64,000 nucleotides of DNA from an uncultured Pelagibacteraceae bacterium (GCA_902612605.1 CACMDY010000003.1:41253-105252), one strand, 5' to 3'. Positions 1 to 10,304 are shown, numbered from the stretch's first letter. A program made the numbers and translations. The notes: generated by a model from the sequence alone, not told the origin.

Positions 1-379
1 TTAACTCTAATGGTACTAAAATTGTAATAAATATAATCCAAAACAATAATGTTGCATATTTTATTCTGTAATAAACCAACGCGTAAGCAGCCATTAAAGA
101 TGTAACAACGGATAATATTGCAACTCCTGTAGCCATGATAAAACTATTAAAAAACATTTTTAATGCTGTTATCTCTTTAAAAAAACCACCCTGATATAAT
201 AAAACTCGTAAGTAATTTTCATAAAAGCTATCTCCTAAAAACATTTGGAGACCATTCATATTAATCATTGAACTCGTGTGCGTCGAGCTAGCAAAAATCA
301 TCCATACAGGAACTACCATGATTAGTATTCCAATGAGTAAAATTAAATGTGAAAAACTTGATGTGATAAATCTAGTCAT
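1..379 (-). CDS. ugpE: Glycerol-3-phosphate/carbohydrate ABC transporter permease, UgpE-like (partial, runs off the left edge)
   Basis: Not in the ORF track. Manual translation from the ATG at 379 gives an open hydrophobic frame MTRFITSSFSHLILLIGILIMVVPVWMIFASST...FNSFIMATGVAILSVVTSLMAAYALVYYR...FITILVPLEL to the window edge. The ATG overlaps the ugpA stop (TAATG). Confidence 0.85.
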   Translation of the reverse strand, partial: MTRFITSSFSHLILLIGILIMVVPVWMIFASSTHTSSMINMNGLQMFLGDSFYENYLRVLLYQGGFFKEITALKMFFNSFIMATGVAILSVVTSLMAAYALVYYRIKYATLLFWIIFITILVPLEL

Positions 380-1257
380 TAATTATAATGTATTTTCCCT
401 TCGATATATCTAAATTGAAAAATCGTAATTACTAATACAATCAACATCATCATTATTGATTGAGCTCCTGCACTTCCTAAATCCAGTCCTCTAAATCCAT
501 CCATGTAAGCTTTATAAACTAGAGTTCTTGTTTCACCGGAAGGAGCACCTATTGTTGTGGTATCAATAATTCCAAATGTATCAAAGAAAGCATACGTTAT
601 ATTAATAATTATTAAAAAGAATGTAGTTGGCATTAATAATGGGAATGTAATTGTCCAAAATCTTCTAAAACTATTTTTACAGTCAATCATTGATGCTTCA
701 ATTACAGATTTTTGTATAGCTTGAAGTCCAGCCAAGAAGAAAATAAAATTAGCACTGATTTGCTTCCAAGAACCAGCTATGATTACGTAAATATAAGAGT
801 CGAACACACTTTCGTACCAATTAAATCCCCACAGTTCGTGAAATAAATGATAAAGAAGACCAAATCTTTCACTAAAAAAATAATTTGCCATTACACCGAC
901 TACCGCAGGCGCAATTGCATAAGGCCAAATTAAAAGTGTTTTGTAAGTGCTTTTACCATGCATTACATTATTAGCCTGAACGGCAAGTAATAATCCAATT
1001 GAGCCTGTAATTAACGTAATAACAAAACTATAAATAATAGTAAATTTGAAAGCTATGAAATAAGCTGGATCATCAAAAATAAATAAAAAATTGTCAAACC
1101 ATACAAACTTCGATCCAAATCCAAAAGCATCTTGCATTGTAAATGCATCTCTAAAGGTTTGTATGATTGGCCAATATAAAAAAATTAACAATATACCTAG
1201 CTGCGGAGCTAAGAAAAGATATTGTGAATAGCTAGATTTGAATTGGACTTTTTTCAT
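379..1257 (-). CDS. ugpA: Glycerol-3-phosphate/carbohydrate ABC transporter permease, UgpA-like
   Basis: Multi-TM protein with LLIWPYAIAPAV and an EAA-type loop (LAGLQAIQKSVIEASMID). Lies between ugpB and ugpE homologues. Confidence 0.85.
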   Translation of the reverse strand: MKKVQFKSSYSQYLFLAPQLGILLIFLYWPIIQTFRDAFTMQDAFGFGSKFVWFDNFLFIFDDPAYFIAFKFTIIYSFVITLITGSIGLLLAVQANNVMHGKSTYKTLLIWPYAIAPAVVGVMANYFFSERFGLLYHLFHELWGFNWYESVFDSYIYVIIAGSWKQISANFIFFLAGLQAIQKSVIEASMIDCKNSFRRFWTITFPLLMPTTFFLIIINITYAFFDTFGIIDTTTIGAPSGETRTLVYKAYMDGFRGLDLGSAGAQSIMMMLIVLVITIFQFRYIEGKIHYN

Positions 1258-1272
1258 ACTTTTGTAAAAATA

Positions 1273-1304
1273 AATAAGGAGGGTAAATTAATGCCCTCCT
1301 TATT
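1273..1304 (-). terminator. Intrinsic terminator/stabilising hairpin after the substrate-binding gene
   Basis: Perfect 11-bp inverted repeat AATAAGGAGGG...CCCTCCTTATT, followed on the minus strand by UAUUUUU. Confidence 0.75.
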
Positions 1305-1317
1305 GTTTTAATTATTC

Positions 1318-2625
1318 TTACAAAGTTTTAGCAAATTGCTTTAACAATTTAGCTGCACCTTTGTCCATATTCTGCAATCCTTTTTCGATTGATATTTTGC
1401 CGTTTAACATTGGCTCAATATTTTCGTAAATTACTTCACGAATTTGGGGCCAGTTACCAGCTCTATATCCACCAGGAATAGTTGAACCTTCTAAGCTTAA
1501 TTGTTCACCAACTGCTTTATGATATGGAGAAGCTCTATAGAAATTTATAGTTTCAGCTAACTCTATACCACCTTTAGTCACTGCAGAGTAACCAGTCATA
1601 TTGTGATAATACAGATCCATTTCTGGAGAACCCATAAATTCTATAAATTTAGCAAGTCCTTTGTACTCTTCCTCAGTATGACCATTTAAGATCCAGTTAG
1701 CAGCACCACCTATAAAAGTTGGATACTCTTTTCCTTTGGTTACTGAATCCCAGTAAGGAATATGATTAACTGTAAAGTTTGGAACAACACCTTTCATTCC
1801 ACCAAATGATGCAGCAGAACCAAACCAAAATGCAGCTTCACCTGCTATAAATGGTGCTTGATTGTCTCCCCACGCTCTTCCTTTATAGCCATATAAACCT
1901 TTATCATACCATTCTTTAACTTTCTTCCAATGATAGACAAATGCATCAGTTTCAGCGAATAAAGTTTTTGTAGGAACAGCATCGTAACCATTATTTCCAT
2001 CTAACATTAATAAATTATGTCTAGAAAAGAAATTTTCAGTCCAAATCCATGGACTATGACTTTGAACTAAAGGAATGTATCCAGCAGCTTTGATTTTTGG
2101 AGCCATGGCCTCAAATTCTTCATAAGTTTTTGGCACAGATTCAATTCCAACCTCTTTCAAAATGTCCATGTTTGCATACATCAAACAAGTTGAACTATTG
2201 AAAGGTACACCAATCATTTTTCCATCAGAGTCGGCATAGAAATTTTTAATGCCTGGAATATAGTTGTCAGCATCTACATCAATGCCATATTTCTTAGCCA
2301 TTTCTTCAAAACCGATAACAACACCATTTTTTACTTGAGCTACCATGATTGCAGCACCAGCATCATAAACCTGTGAATAGTGTGGTTGGTCGCCTGCTCT
2401 AAATGCAGCAATAGTTGCCGCCATGTTATCTTCATAACTTCCTTTTCCTGTAGGAATGACCGTATATTGATCTTGTGAAGCGTTAAATCTATTTGCAATT
2501 TCAATAATTACATCACCAAGAAAACCACTGTTTCCGTACCACCAATGAATTTCTGTTTTTGAATAACTGTGTGATGTAAAAGAGAAAGTAAATAGAATTG
2601 TTAAAACACTAAGTATTTTTTTCAT
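1318..2625 (-). CDS. ugpB: Extracellular solute-binding protein family 1, UgpB-like (sn-glycerol-3-phosphate)
   Basis: Signal peptide; motifs EIHWW, YKGSYED-like, AAFRAG, PFNSST, GGA. Neighbours are ugpA/ugpE and glpD. Confidence 0.8.
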   Translation of the reverse strand: MKKILSVLTILFTFSFTSHSYSKTEIHWWYGNSGFLGDVIIEIANRFNASQDQYTVIPTGKGSYEDNMAATIAAFRAGDQPHYSQVYDAGAAIMVAQVKNGVVIGFEEMAKKYGIDVDADNYIPGIKNFYADSDGKMIGVPFNSSTCLMYANMDILKEVGIESVPKTYEEFEAMAPKIKAAGYIPLVQSHSPWIWTENFFSRHNLLMLDGNNGYDAVPTKTLFAETDAFVYHWKKVKEWYDKGLYGYKGRAWGDNQAPFIAGEAAFWFGSAASFGGMKGVVPNFTVNHIPYWDSVTKGKEYPTFIGGAANWILNGHTEEEYKGLAKFIEFMGSPEMDLYYHNMTGYSAVTKGGIELAETINFYRASPYHKAVGEQLSLEGSTIPGGYRAGNWPQIREVIYENIEPMLNGKISIEKGLQNMDKGAAKLLKQFAKTL

Positions 2626-2765
2626 ATCTATCCTTCTGTTAAGTTTATTTTATTTTTTATTAATACTTTATTAATGTTAAGATATTATGAAATTGTAAAT
2701 AATTGCATTTAAAAATTTTAAATTTCTAAAAGAGGTTGTATATTTTAAAACAAATCATAATTTAA

Positions 2766-3917
2766 ATGTCTAAAATATTTGATTTATTCATAATAGGTGG
2801 CGGTATAAACGGTGCAGGTATTGCAAGAGATGCTGCAGGTAGAGGTTTATCAGTTTGTTTAGCTGACAAAGGTGAGATTGGAGGAGCAACCTCATCTTGG
2901 TCGACGAAATTAGTACATGGTGGTCTTCGTTATTTAGAAAATTATGAATTCAAACTAGTTAGAGAATCTCTGAAAGAAAGAGAAATAGTTTATAAAATTG
3001 CCAGACATATTTCCAAACCGATTCCTTTTATAATTCCTTATGCAGATAAAATTCGACCAGCCTGGTTAATTAAAATTGGTTTATTTTTGTATGATAATTT
3101 AGGTGGCAAAAGCAATATACCAAAATCAAAAACGTTTGATCTTACAAAAAAATTTTCAAATATTCTTAAGCAAAAATACAAAACTGGTTTTCAATATTTT
3201 GACATACAAATTGACGATAAAAAATTAACGAAACTAAATGCTAAAGATGCAAAAAGAAATAAAGCTAAAATACTAGAATATAACAAAGTTAAAAAAGCTG
3301 AAATTATTGGCAATGAATGGATTATTAGTCTTGAAAAAGGTGAAAAAGTAAAATCAAAAATTTTAATTAATGCATCTGGACCATGGATAAACGAAACCTT
3401 AAATAAAAATATAAAAATTAAATCTAAGAAAAAAATAAGATTAGTTAAAGGAAGTCATATTATTACAAAAAAATTGTACAAAGAAAATGTTGCATTCACA
3501 TTTCAAAATACTGATAAAAGAATAATATTTGTGATACCTTATAAAGGGAAGTTTTCTTTAATTGGAACTACAGAAGTTGAGGTTAAATCACCAGAAAATA
3601 AAGGAATATCAAAAAAAGAAATTACATATTTAATTCGTTCAGTAAATAATTACTTAAAAAAACAAATCAGAACAAAGGACATTGTAGATACTTATTCAGG
3701 GATAAGACCTCTAATTGAAGATTTTAATACAGCTTCAAAAGTCACAAGAGATTATGTTTTTGATTTAAAAATTATAAAAAAATTACCTTTATTGAATATA
3801 TATGGAGGAAAACTAACCACCTACAGAAAATTGTCTGAAAAAGTCCTTTTTGACCTTAGAAAGTTTTTACCTAAAACAAAAAAAGGTCCATGGACACACA
3901 AAAAGAAGCTTCTCTAA
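2766..3917 (+). CDS. glpD: FAD-dependent glycerol-3-phosphate dehydrogenase/oxidase (short form, 383 aa)
   Basis: IIGGGINGAG, TSSWSTKLVHGGLRYLE, VKGSHI, YSGIRPL and GGKLTTYR motifs. Divergent from the ugp operon. Confidence 0.85.
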   Translation: MSKIFDLFIIGGGINGAGIARDAAGRGLSVCLADKGEIGGATSSWSTKLVHGGLRYLENYEFKLVRESLKEREIVYKIARHISKPIPFIIPYADKIRPAWLIKIGLFLYDNLGGKSNIPKSKTFDLTKKFSNILKQKYKTGFQYFDIQIDDKKLTKLNAKDAKRNKAKILEYNKVKKAEIIGNEWIISLEKGEKVKSKILINASGPWINETLNKNIKIKSKKKIRLVKGSHIITKKLYKENVAFTFQNTDKRIIFVIPYKGKFSLIGTTEVEVKSPENKGISKKEITYLIRSVNNYLKKQIRTKDIVDTYSGIRPLIEDFNTASKVTRDYVFDLKIIKKLPLLNIYGGKLTTYRKLSEKVLFDLRKFLPKTKKGPWTHKKKLL

Positions 3918-3922
3918 ACTTA

Positions 3923-4597
3923 ATGACCGTTAAATTTGAAAAATTAAAAAAAACAATAATTAAATGTAATAAATGCCCTAGACTTGTGAGGTTTAGAAAA
4001 AAAATATCTACGGAAAAAAGAAAACAATATATGGACCAAACTTATTGGGGAAAACCAGTTACAGGTTTTGGAGATATAAATGGAAAAATAATGATTGTTG
4101 GTCTAGCACCAGCTGCTCATGGTGGAACAAGAACAGGCAGAGTATTTACAGGCGATAAATCCTCAGATTTTTTATATAAATGTTTACACAATGTAAAAAT
4201 TGCCAATCAAAGTAATTCAGATCATATAAATGATGGATTAAAAATAAAAAATACCTTTATAACACCAGCTCTAAAGTGCGTTCCTCCAGGAGATAAACCA
4301 TTAAATGAAGAGTTAAAAAATTGCTTTGGTTATTTTAAATCTGAATTTGAAATACTTAAAAATCTAAAAATTATTGTGGCTTTAGGGAAAATTGCGTTTG
4401 ATACTTGTGTAAAATTTTATAGAGAAAATTTTGATTACACTGAGAGAGTAAAATTTAGTCATGGAACATATTTTAAATTACCTAACAATGTGTTGTTAAT
4501 GGGGTGTTATCATCCAAGTCCAAGAAATGTAAATACTGGACGAATAAATGAAAAACAAATGACTAAACTATTTAAAAAAGTAAAAGAACTAGTTTAA
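3923..4597 (+). CDS. Uracil-DNA glycosylase, family 5 (UdgB-like, [4Fe-4S])
   Basis: GLAPAAHGGTRTGRVFTGD motif, CxxC near the N-terminus, KCVPP and YHPSPRN. Start moved from 3890 to the ATG at 3923, just after the glpD stop. Confidence 0.85.
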   Translation: MTVKFEKLKKTIIKCNKCPRLVRFRKKISTEKRKQYMDQTYWGKPVTGFGDINGKIMIVGLAPAAHGGTRTGRVFTGDKSSDFLYKCLHNVKIANQSNSDHINDGLKIKNTFITPALKCVPPGDKPLNEELKNCFGYFKSEFEILKNLKIIVALGKIAFDTCVKFYRENFDYTERVKFSHGTYFKLPNNVLLMGCYHPSPRNVNTGRINEKQMTKLFKKVKELV

Positions 4598-4984
4598 TTT
4601 GTTAATAAGTGCTACTGGAAGTTTTACTGGTTTTCCCAACTTATTTAGAGATACTAATTTAATCTCTGCATCACATAAAATATCTGATTTTCTTTTAATT
4701 ACTTGTGACATTGTAATTGTAGTCAAAGTATTAGATTTTATTTTTGTGAAAACGGTAATTTTATCCTCAAATTTAGCTGGTTTTTTAAAATCTACGTTGC
4801 AAGTTTTTACTGCTATTAAAACATTATGTTTATCTAATAACTTTTTATTCGAATATCCCAAGGAATAAATAAGCTCAGATCTTGCTCTTTCAAAGTACTT
4901 TAAATAATTTGCGTGGTAAACTATTCCACCAAAATCAGTATCCTCATAGTATACTTTTAAATTATACTTAAATACTTTCATCAA
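4589..4984 (-). CDS. ybgC: YbgC/FadM-family acyl-CoA thioesterase (hotdog fold)
   Basis: VYYEDTDFGGIVYHANYLKYFERARSE signature. Confidence 0.85.
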   Translation of the reverse strand: MMKVFKYNLKVYYEDTDFGGIVYHANYLKYFERARSELIYSLGYSNKKLLDKHNVLIAVKTCNVDFKKPAKFEDKITVFTKIKSNTLTTITMSQVIKRKSDILCDAEIKLVSLNKLGKPVKLPVALINKLN

Positions 4985-5000
4985 TTGATATTAATAAAAT

Positions 5001-5654
5001 TTATTGAGAAGAAAAATAGATATTTTGATAGTAAGTAATTGATTTTTTCTTTGAATTATCTGTATCTGACATGATCGCTATACCATCTAGCTCATTAACA
5101 TCTAAATTATGGAATTTCTTGAAATCTTCTTTAACGTTTGCTTTGACAGTTACCCATTCATTTAAATTTGTTTTGGTAGTAGCAAGTACATTATCTATGG
5201 ACTTTTTAGTATATGGGCTTGGAAAGTTGCTTCCAACTTCTTGATTGCTTGAAAAAACATAATTTATTGCTCTATTGGATAAAGGTGTTGCTCCAGTTTT
5301 TTTAATGACGAATACTCTTCCTGCAAAGTCATGACCCTTTTTAGCTGTCTCATCTATCCCTGGTATGTCTTTCTCAATTTTCCAAGTAATATTTATGAAA
5401 GGTGTTTTATTTAGATCAATTTTAATCTCCTTACCTAGGCCAGAAGCAGCATTATCAGCAATAGCTTTAAGGTAATTACCATTTTCATCAGAGCCAACAG
5501 AATATTCAGTTTTATTATCTGCCCCTCTTACTTTTCTAACTGTCAATTCTGATAGTTCTTTCTCTGTAAACTCAAATACTTTTACTTCCTCAGAATACAA
5601 ATTAGTTTGAAACAACGCTGTAACTAAAATTAATTTAAATAAAAATCTAAACAT
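5001..5654 (-). CDS. Exported DUF3047-family protein
   Basis: Signal peptide. The pattern W-K...D..AGRVFV...INYVFSS...P.PY...WV....NV..DF...IAIMSDTDNS is typical of DUF3047. Confidence 0.75.
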   Translation of the reverse strand: MFRFLFKLILVTALFQTNLYSEEVKVFEFTEKELSELTVRKVRGADNKTEYSVGSDENGNYLKAIADNAASGLGKEIKIDLNKTPFINITWKIEKDIPGIDETAKKGHDFAGRVFVIKKTGATPLSNRAINYVFSSNQEVGSNFPSPYTKKSIDNVLATTKTNLNEWVTVKANVKEDFKKFHNLDVNELDGIAIMSDTDNSKKKSITYYQNIYFSSQ

Positions 5655-5749
5655 GTCCTCTCTATATAAAAGATAAAATAATTTTCAAATTCAAAATTTT
5701 GACATTATTTAAACATGCATAATTCATTATTGTTCTCTATTTAGATGAT

Positions 5750-5881
5750 ATGAAATTAACAGTTCTTTTTGGTTTGATGATTTATTGGTCTATAATTATA
5801 ACTGCACCTGTAATTTCAAAAAATTCAGAAAAAATCGGAGAAAAAAAGGTATTAATACCTCTTAAAAAACCAAGAATTTAA
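5750..5881 (+). CDS. Small single-TM hypothetical protein, 43 aa
   Basis: Manual translation: MKLTVLFGLMIYWSIIITAPVISKNSEKIGEKKVLIPLKKPRI*. It fills an otherwise empty intergenic gap and its stop overlaps the stop of the convergent dehydrogenase. TTGACA lies at 5699-5704 upstream. Confidence 0.6.
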   Translation: MKLTVLFGLMIYWSIIITAPVISKNSEKIGEKKVLIPLKKPRI

Positions 5882-6882
5882 GGCAGAAGCACTATCTTGG
5901 GTGCCGAACAGGTTCCATCATGAATTTCTTTAAAAGCTCCCCAACCATCTTTAAGATTTCTGTACTCAATCCATTCTATCTTGCCTAGCTTGTTATTAGT
6001 TAAAATATCAATAGTTTCACCAAATTCTTTGTTTGTGTAACAGTAAGTTCCAATAAAAGTAACTTCTTGAAGGGTTGCTTTCCTAAAATTAAAAGATCCA
6101 GCAGGCTGGGTTAATCCGATATGAACTATTATTCCTCCTGGTTTTACTACACTGATTGCCTGTTGTCGTGAAACTTCAAGTCCAACAGTGTCAAAAACTA
6201 AATCAAAGCTGCTCTCTTTTATATCTTTATGATCTGGCGACACTGTTTTTGCATCTACATATTTGGAGCATTCATTAAGTCTTTTTTGATTAGGATCAGA
6301 AATTGTCAAATTTGTATTACCTTGGATCTTGGATAAAATTAATGCACATAATAATCCAATTGCTCCGCCGCCCTGAACAAGCGTTCTACATTCATTTAAT
6401 GGTTTTTTCGATGCTTCTACAGCTAATAATACTGCATGATATGAAACTGCTGTTGGTTCTGCAACCGCAGCCTCTTTAACATCAAGCTTTTCAGGAACTT
6501 TGAAAATATTGTGATCTGGAACTGTAATGAGTTCAGCAAACGCACCTTGTCTTTCATAAGGTCTATTCATTCCTAAAAGAACTCTATCTGGACATAAATG
6601 TTCTCTTCCGCTCTTGCAGTATTCACAATTTCTACAAGTTATTAATGGATTAAGAACTGAAATTTGATCTTTAAGCTTTCCGTTAATTATTTGACCACTA
6701 ACTTCATGACCTAAAATTAACGGTGGGATTCTTCTCTCGTCTTTTCCGTGGTAAGCATGCATATCTGAGCCACAGATACCTGATGCATGAACTTTAAGAA
6801 TACTTTCTCCAGGTTTTTCAGAAGGTTCTTTTTCCTCCCTAAATTCCATCTCCTCAACACCAGTGTAGACAAGCGCTTTCAT
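5878..6882 (-). CDS. Zinc-dependent alcohol/polyol dehydrogenase (MDR; HpsP/sorbitol-DH-like)
   Basis: GICGSD, GHE, structural Zn motif CxxCxxCxxxxxxxC, EP and GxGxIG. Confidence 0.85.
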   Translation of the reverse strand: MKALVYTGVEEMEFREEKEPSEKPGESILKVHASGICGSDMHAYHGKDERRIPPLILGHEVSGQIINGKLKDQISVLNPLITCRNCEYCKSGREHLCPDRVLLGMNRPYERQGAFAELITVPDHNIFKVPEKLDVKEAAVAEPTAVSYHAVLLAVEASKKPLNECRTLVQGGGAIGLLCALILSKIQGNTNLTISDPNQKRLNECSKYVDAKTVSPDHKDIKESSFDLVFDTVGLEVSRQQAISVVKPGGIIVHIGLTQPAGSFNFRKATLQEVTFIGTYCYTNKEFGETIDILTNNKLGKIEWIEYRNLKDGWGAFKEIHDGTCSAPKIVLLP

Positions 6883-6884
6883 TA

Positions 6885-8339
6885 TTATTTATTATTCAAT
6901 AAATAATATACTAAATAAGATGTGAATGCTCCAATAATCCATCCAAATGATTGATATTGTATTAAGTTTTCATTTAGCAAAGATGATAAAGAAAATATTG
7001 ATCCAATTAAAAGAGCATACAATGCTTTGAGGTTCCAACCGTTACTGTAAATATATTCTGTATGTTCTTTAGGATAAAAAAGTTCTTTGTGATTAATTTG
7101 TTGTTTTTTAAATAAATAATAGTCTGCTACTAATACACCAAAAATTGGCCCAAAAGTCGTCGCTACGGCTTCAACAAATATCAAAAAATTAGCTTTGCTG
7201 AAAATTGAAAGCCAGAATGTTGAAATTAATAATCCAATAATTGATATTACAATTCCTGTTTTTTTTAACGTTAAAGAATTAGGGAAAAAATTTATCAATG
7301 TATTTTGCGAAGGAATATAATTTGCTATCAAATTAGTTGATAACGAAGAGATAATAATAAATATCAAACAAAAGAAAGTTAGAAAATTATTATTAAATTT
7401 TCCAATTATGTCATTTGGATTAGTAAGTAGACTTGAAGCGTTTAATCCTTTGCTAGTAAGAATAATATCTGAACCTAAAGTGATTAATACCGAGAAAAAA
7501 GAAAAGAGTATTAAATTCAATATTATACTTAAGTTTCCTTTGGTCATTTCTTTGTAATTCATTGAGTATCTAGAAAAATCTCCAAAAGTTAGAAGAACTA
7601 TTGCAAAATAAGCAAATAAAGTTCCTGTGATTGAAATTATTGGAGCGATATTTGACTGAATTGCAAAATTGCTAAAGACTAAGCTTAGTTTTATTCCATT
7701 AAGGAGTTCATTGTAATACTCAGATAAAATAACAATTAATAAAACAGATAGTCCTAAATATATTGAAAGACCTGAAAAATTAATAAATGATTTTAGAAAA
7801 TTCTGTCCTTTTGTAAAAAGGATGTATTGAAATATTAAAGTTAAAAATAAACAAACCCAATCAATTAAATTCAAACCAAAAAAGAATAATAGAAATATTT
7901 CATTCTGTAAGAGTTGATTATCAATTTTAAATAGAATGATCCTTGCAATATAACCAAGTGATTTTGATATAAAAAATGTTTGTACACCAAACATGAATAA
8001 GCCAACCAATCCTCTGATCATTCCTACATATCTTGCTCCTGTAAAACCCATTGAAAGTCTGAGAATTGTTGGAAAACTTAATCCACTACTTTGAGAAATT
8101 TTTCCAATAATGTTAGCAAAAAAGAAAACTAATAATCCTGCTAGCAATGATCCTGTTAAGACAACAAAAAAATTTAGATCATAGAATAAATATAAAGCTG
8201 AAATTAAAGAGAACCCAACTATTGTTTGGATATTTATCGCCCAAAAGTTAAAATAATTCTTCCAACTCCAGTCTCTATTATTAGGATTTATTGAAACTAA
8301 TTCCCAATTCCTTAATTGAAATTTTTCGCTTTGATTCAC
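6885..8339 (-). CDS. NCS1-family nucleobase:cation symporter (allantoin/uracil/thiamine-type)
   Basis: About 12 TM segments. Motifs NFW, GLSFP...R.SMG..GA, DFSRY, STNLIANYIP and GPIFGVLVADYY. Confidence 0.8.
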   Translation of the reverse strand: MNQSEKFQLRNWELVSINPNNRDWSWKNYFNFWAINIQTIVGFSLISALYLFYDLNFFVVLTGSLLAGLLVFFFANIIGKISQSSGLSFPTILRLSMGFTGARYVGMIRGLVGLFMFGVQTFFISKSLGYIARIILFKIDNQLLQNEIFLLFFFGLNLIDWVCLFLTLIFQYILFTKGQNFLKSFINFSGLSIYLGLSVLLIVILSEYYNELLNGIKLSLVFSNFAIQSNIAPIISITGTLFAYFAIVLLTFGDFSRYSMNYKEMTKGNLSIILNLILFSFFSVLITLGSDIILTSKGLNASSLLTNPNDIIGKFNNNFLTFFCLIFIIISSLSTNLIANYIPSQNTLINFFPNSLTLKKTGIVISIIGLLISTFWLSIFSKANFLIFVEAVATTFGPIFGVLVADYYLFKKQQINHKELFYPKEHTEYIYSNGWNLKALYALLIGSIFSLSSLLNENLIQYQSFGWIIGAFTSYLVYYLLNNK

Positions 8340-8361
8340 TTAAATGATATTAATCAATTAT

Positions 8362-9699
8362 TTACTGCTGTCCATACAAGAGAGTTGGCAACCACAGTAC
8401 TATTTTTGGATACGCTATGATTATAATTAATCCAATTATCTGCAATACCATGAACTGCATCATTCCAAGATAAATATCTTTTAAATCCCAACTTGGAACA
8501 ACACCTTTTAAAAAATAAGCGGATAACGCTACGGGGGGTGAAAGCCAGGCTGTTTGCAAATTAACAGCAACAAGGATTGCAAACCAAGTTAAATTAAATC
8601 CTAATGCTTCAACTAATGGTAAAATAATAGGAACGACTATCATAACAATAGGTACCCACTCTAAAGGCCATCCTAAAAGAAAAATCATAATCATGATTAT
8701 TCCTAAAATTAAATATTTATTCATCTCAAGTGATAAAAGGAAATCTGTTAAAACCATTGGAGTTCCTAATCTTGCAAACACTGCTCCAAAGAAATTAGAA
8801 GCAGCTACTAAAACCATAATTAATGCAGAAATTTCTAAAGTTTTAACTAAAGCATCTTGTAATTTTTTTAATGTTAATTTTTTGTAAGCTAATGAAAGCA
8901 ACAATGCACCACCTGCACCACATCCTGCAGCCTCTGTTGGTGTAGCAAATCCAAATAGAATACTACCTAATGCAGCAAATACTAAAGCAGCAGGTGGAAC
9001 TAATCCTAAGAAAAATTCTAGCCATAATTTTTTTAAATCTGTTGTTCTTAATTCTTCTGGTATGGGTGGACCTAATTTTGGGTTCATCATACATCTGAAT
9101 GTGGTGTATGCAGCATATAAGCATGCCAACAATATTCCTGGAACTATTGCTGCAGCAAATAAATCAGTTACGGGAATTTCCATAATTGGACCCATAACTA
9201 CAAGCATAATACTTGGAGGAATTAAAATACCTAAAGTTCCTCCAGCAGTAATTGTACCAGCAGCTAATTTTACATCATAATTTGATCTATTCATTGATTT
9301 TGCAGCCATAATTCCAAGAATTGTAACTGATGCACCAACTATTCCTGTAGCAGCTGCAAATATTACCGAAACAAATAAAACTGCATAATATAAAGAGCCT
9401 CTAACTCTTGCCAACATCATTTGGAAAGCTGAGAATAATCTCTCCATTAAACCTGCTTGTTCCATCATTATTCCCATAAATACAAATAAGGGGACAGCTG
9501 CGAGAGTTTGTTCGGTCATTACCATCGAAAATTGTAGTGTCATTAAATAGAAAACTAATTTTCCAAAACCCAAATAACCAAAAACAAAACCTAAAAAAAT
9601 AAGAGTAAATGAAATTGGGAAACCTATAAATATTGCAAACAACATCACACCAATAAGTATGAAACCTAAAATTGCTGGGTCTATTAAATGTGAAAGCAT
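8362..9699 (-). CDS. dctM: TRAP transporter large permease (DctM)
   Basis: LAAVPLFVFMG, AAATGIVGAS, AGGTLGILIPPSI, TPTEAA and LSPPVAL motifs. Confidence 0.92.
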   Translation of the reverse strand: MLSHLIDPAILGFILIGVMLFAIFIGFPISFTLIFLGFVFGYLGFGKLVFYLMTLQFSMVMTEQTLAAVPLFVFMGIMMEQAGLMERLFSAFQMMLARVRGSLYYAVLFVSVIFAAATGIVGASVTILGIMAAKSMNRSNYDVKLAAGTITAGGTLGILIPPSIMLVVMGPIMEIPVTDLFAAAIVPGILLACLYAAYTTFRCMMNPKLGPPIPEELRTTDLKKLWLEFFLGLVPPAALVFAALGSILFGFATPTEAAGCGAGGALLLSLAYKKLTLKKLQDALVKTLEISALIMVLVAASNFFGAVFARLGTPMVLTDFLLSLEMNKYLILGIIMIMIFLLGWPLEWVPIVMIVVPIILPLVEALGFNLTWFAILVAVNLQTAWLSPPVALSAYFLKGVVPSWDLKDIYLGMMQFMVLQIIGLIIIIAYPKIVLWLPTLLYGQQ

Positions 9700-10304
9700 T
9701 AACTACCTGGCCATTTACCTTTGACGGCTGCGTAATAACTTTTAAAGAGTTCTGAAACACCTTGTATTAGAAGGAAGACAATACCAATCCACAGACAAGA
9801 TTTTATCGGCCACATATATGGCATCCATGTTGTATCCATCCCTCTTTCGTTTCTCATTATACTTTCTTGGACAAAGCCTGTTGTCATATACAAAAAGACT
9901 ATTAATCCTGGAAAATAAAATAATAAGTAAAGCCAAAAATCTATTCTGCCTTGAGTTTTAACTTTGAAATTTCTATATAAAAAATCTGCTCTAATATGAA
10001 CACCTTTTGAAAGAGCGTATCCCGCTCCTAACATGAACAAGGCTCCGTAAAAAAATCTGCTCATATCATAAGCCCAAATTGTAGGGGCTAAAAATAATTT
10101 TCTTGCTAAAACTTCATAAACCATCCCAAGCATTAGTGGGATTGTAATCCAACAAACTATGTTTCCTATTAATTTACTAAATTTGTCTATGTTAACTATA
10201 GTTTTAGCCATCCAAGTTGGCATATCATCAGGCATCTTTCCAGATCCTGATCGCCTTTCGGCTATCATTTCATCTGAAATATCTAACTTTGGATTATCCG
10301 ACAT
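9699..10304 (-). CDS. dctQ: TRAP transporter small permease (DctQ)
   Basis: Four TM segments with YEV..R, APTIWAYD and HIRAD motifs. Lies between dctP and dctM. Confidence 0.9.
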   Translation of the reverse strand: MSDNPKLDISDEMIAERRSGSGKMPDDMPTWMAKTIVNIDKFSKLIGNIVCWITIPLMLGMVYEVLARKLFLAPTIWAYDMSRFFYGALFMLGAGYALSKGVHIRADFLYRNFKVKTQGRIDFWLYLLFYFPGLIVFLYMTTGFVQESIMRNERGMDTTWMPYMWPIKSCLWIGIVFLLIQGVSELFKSYYAAVKGKWPGS

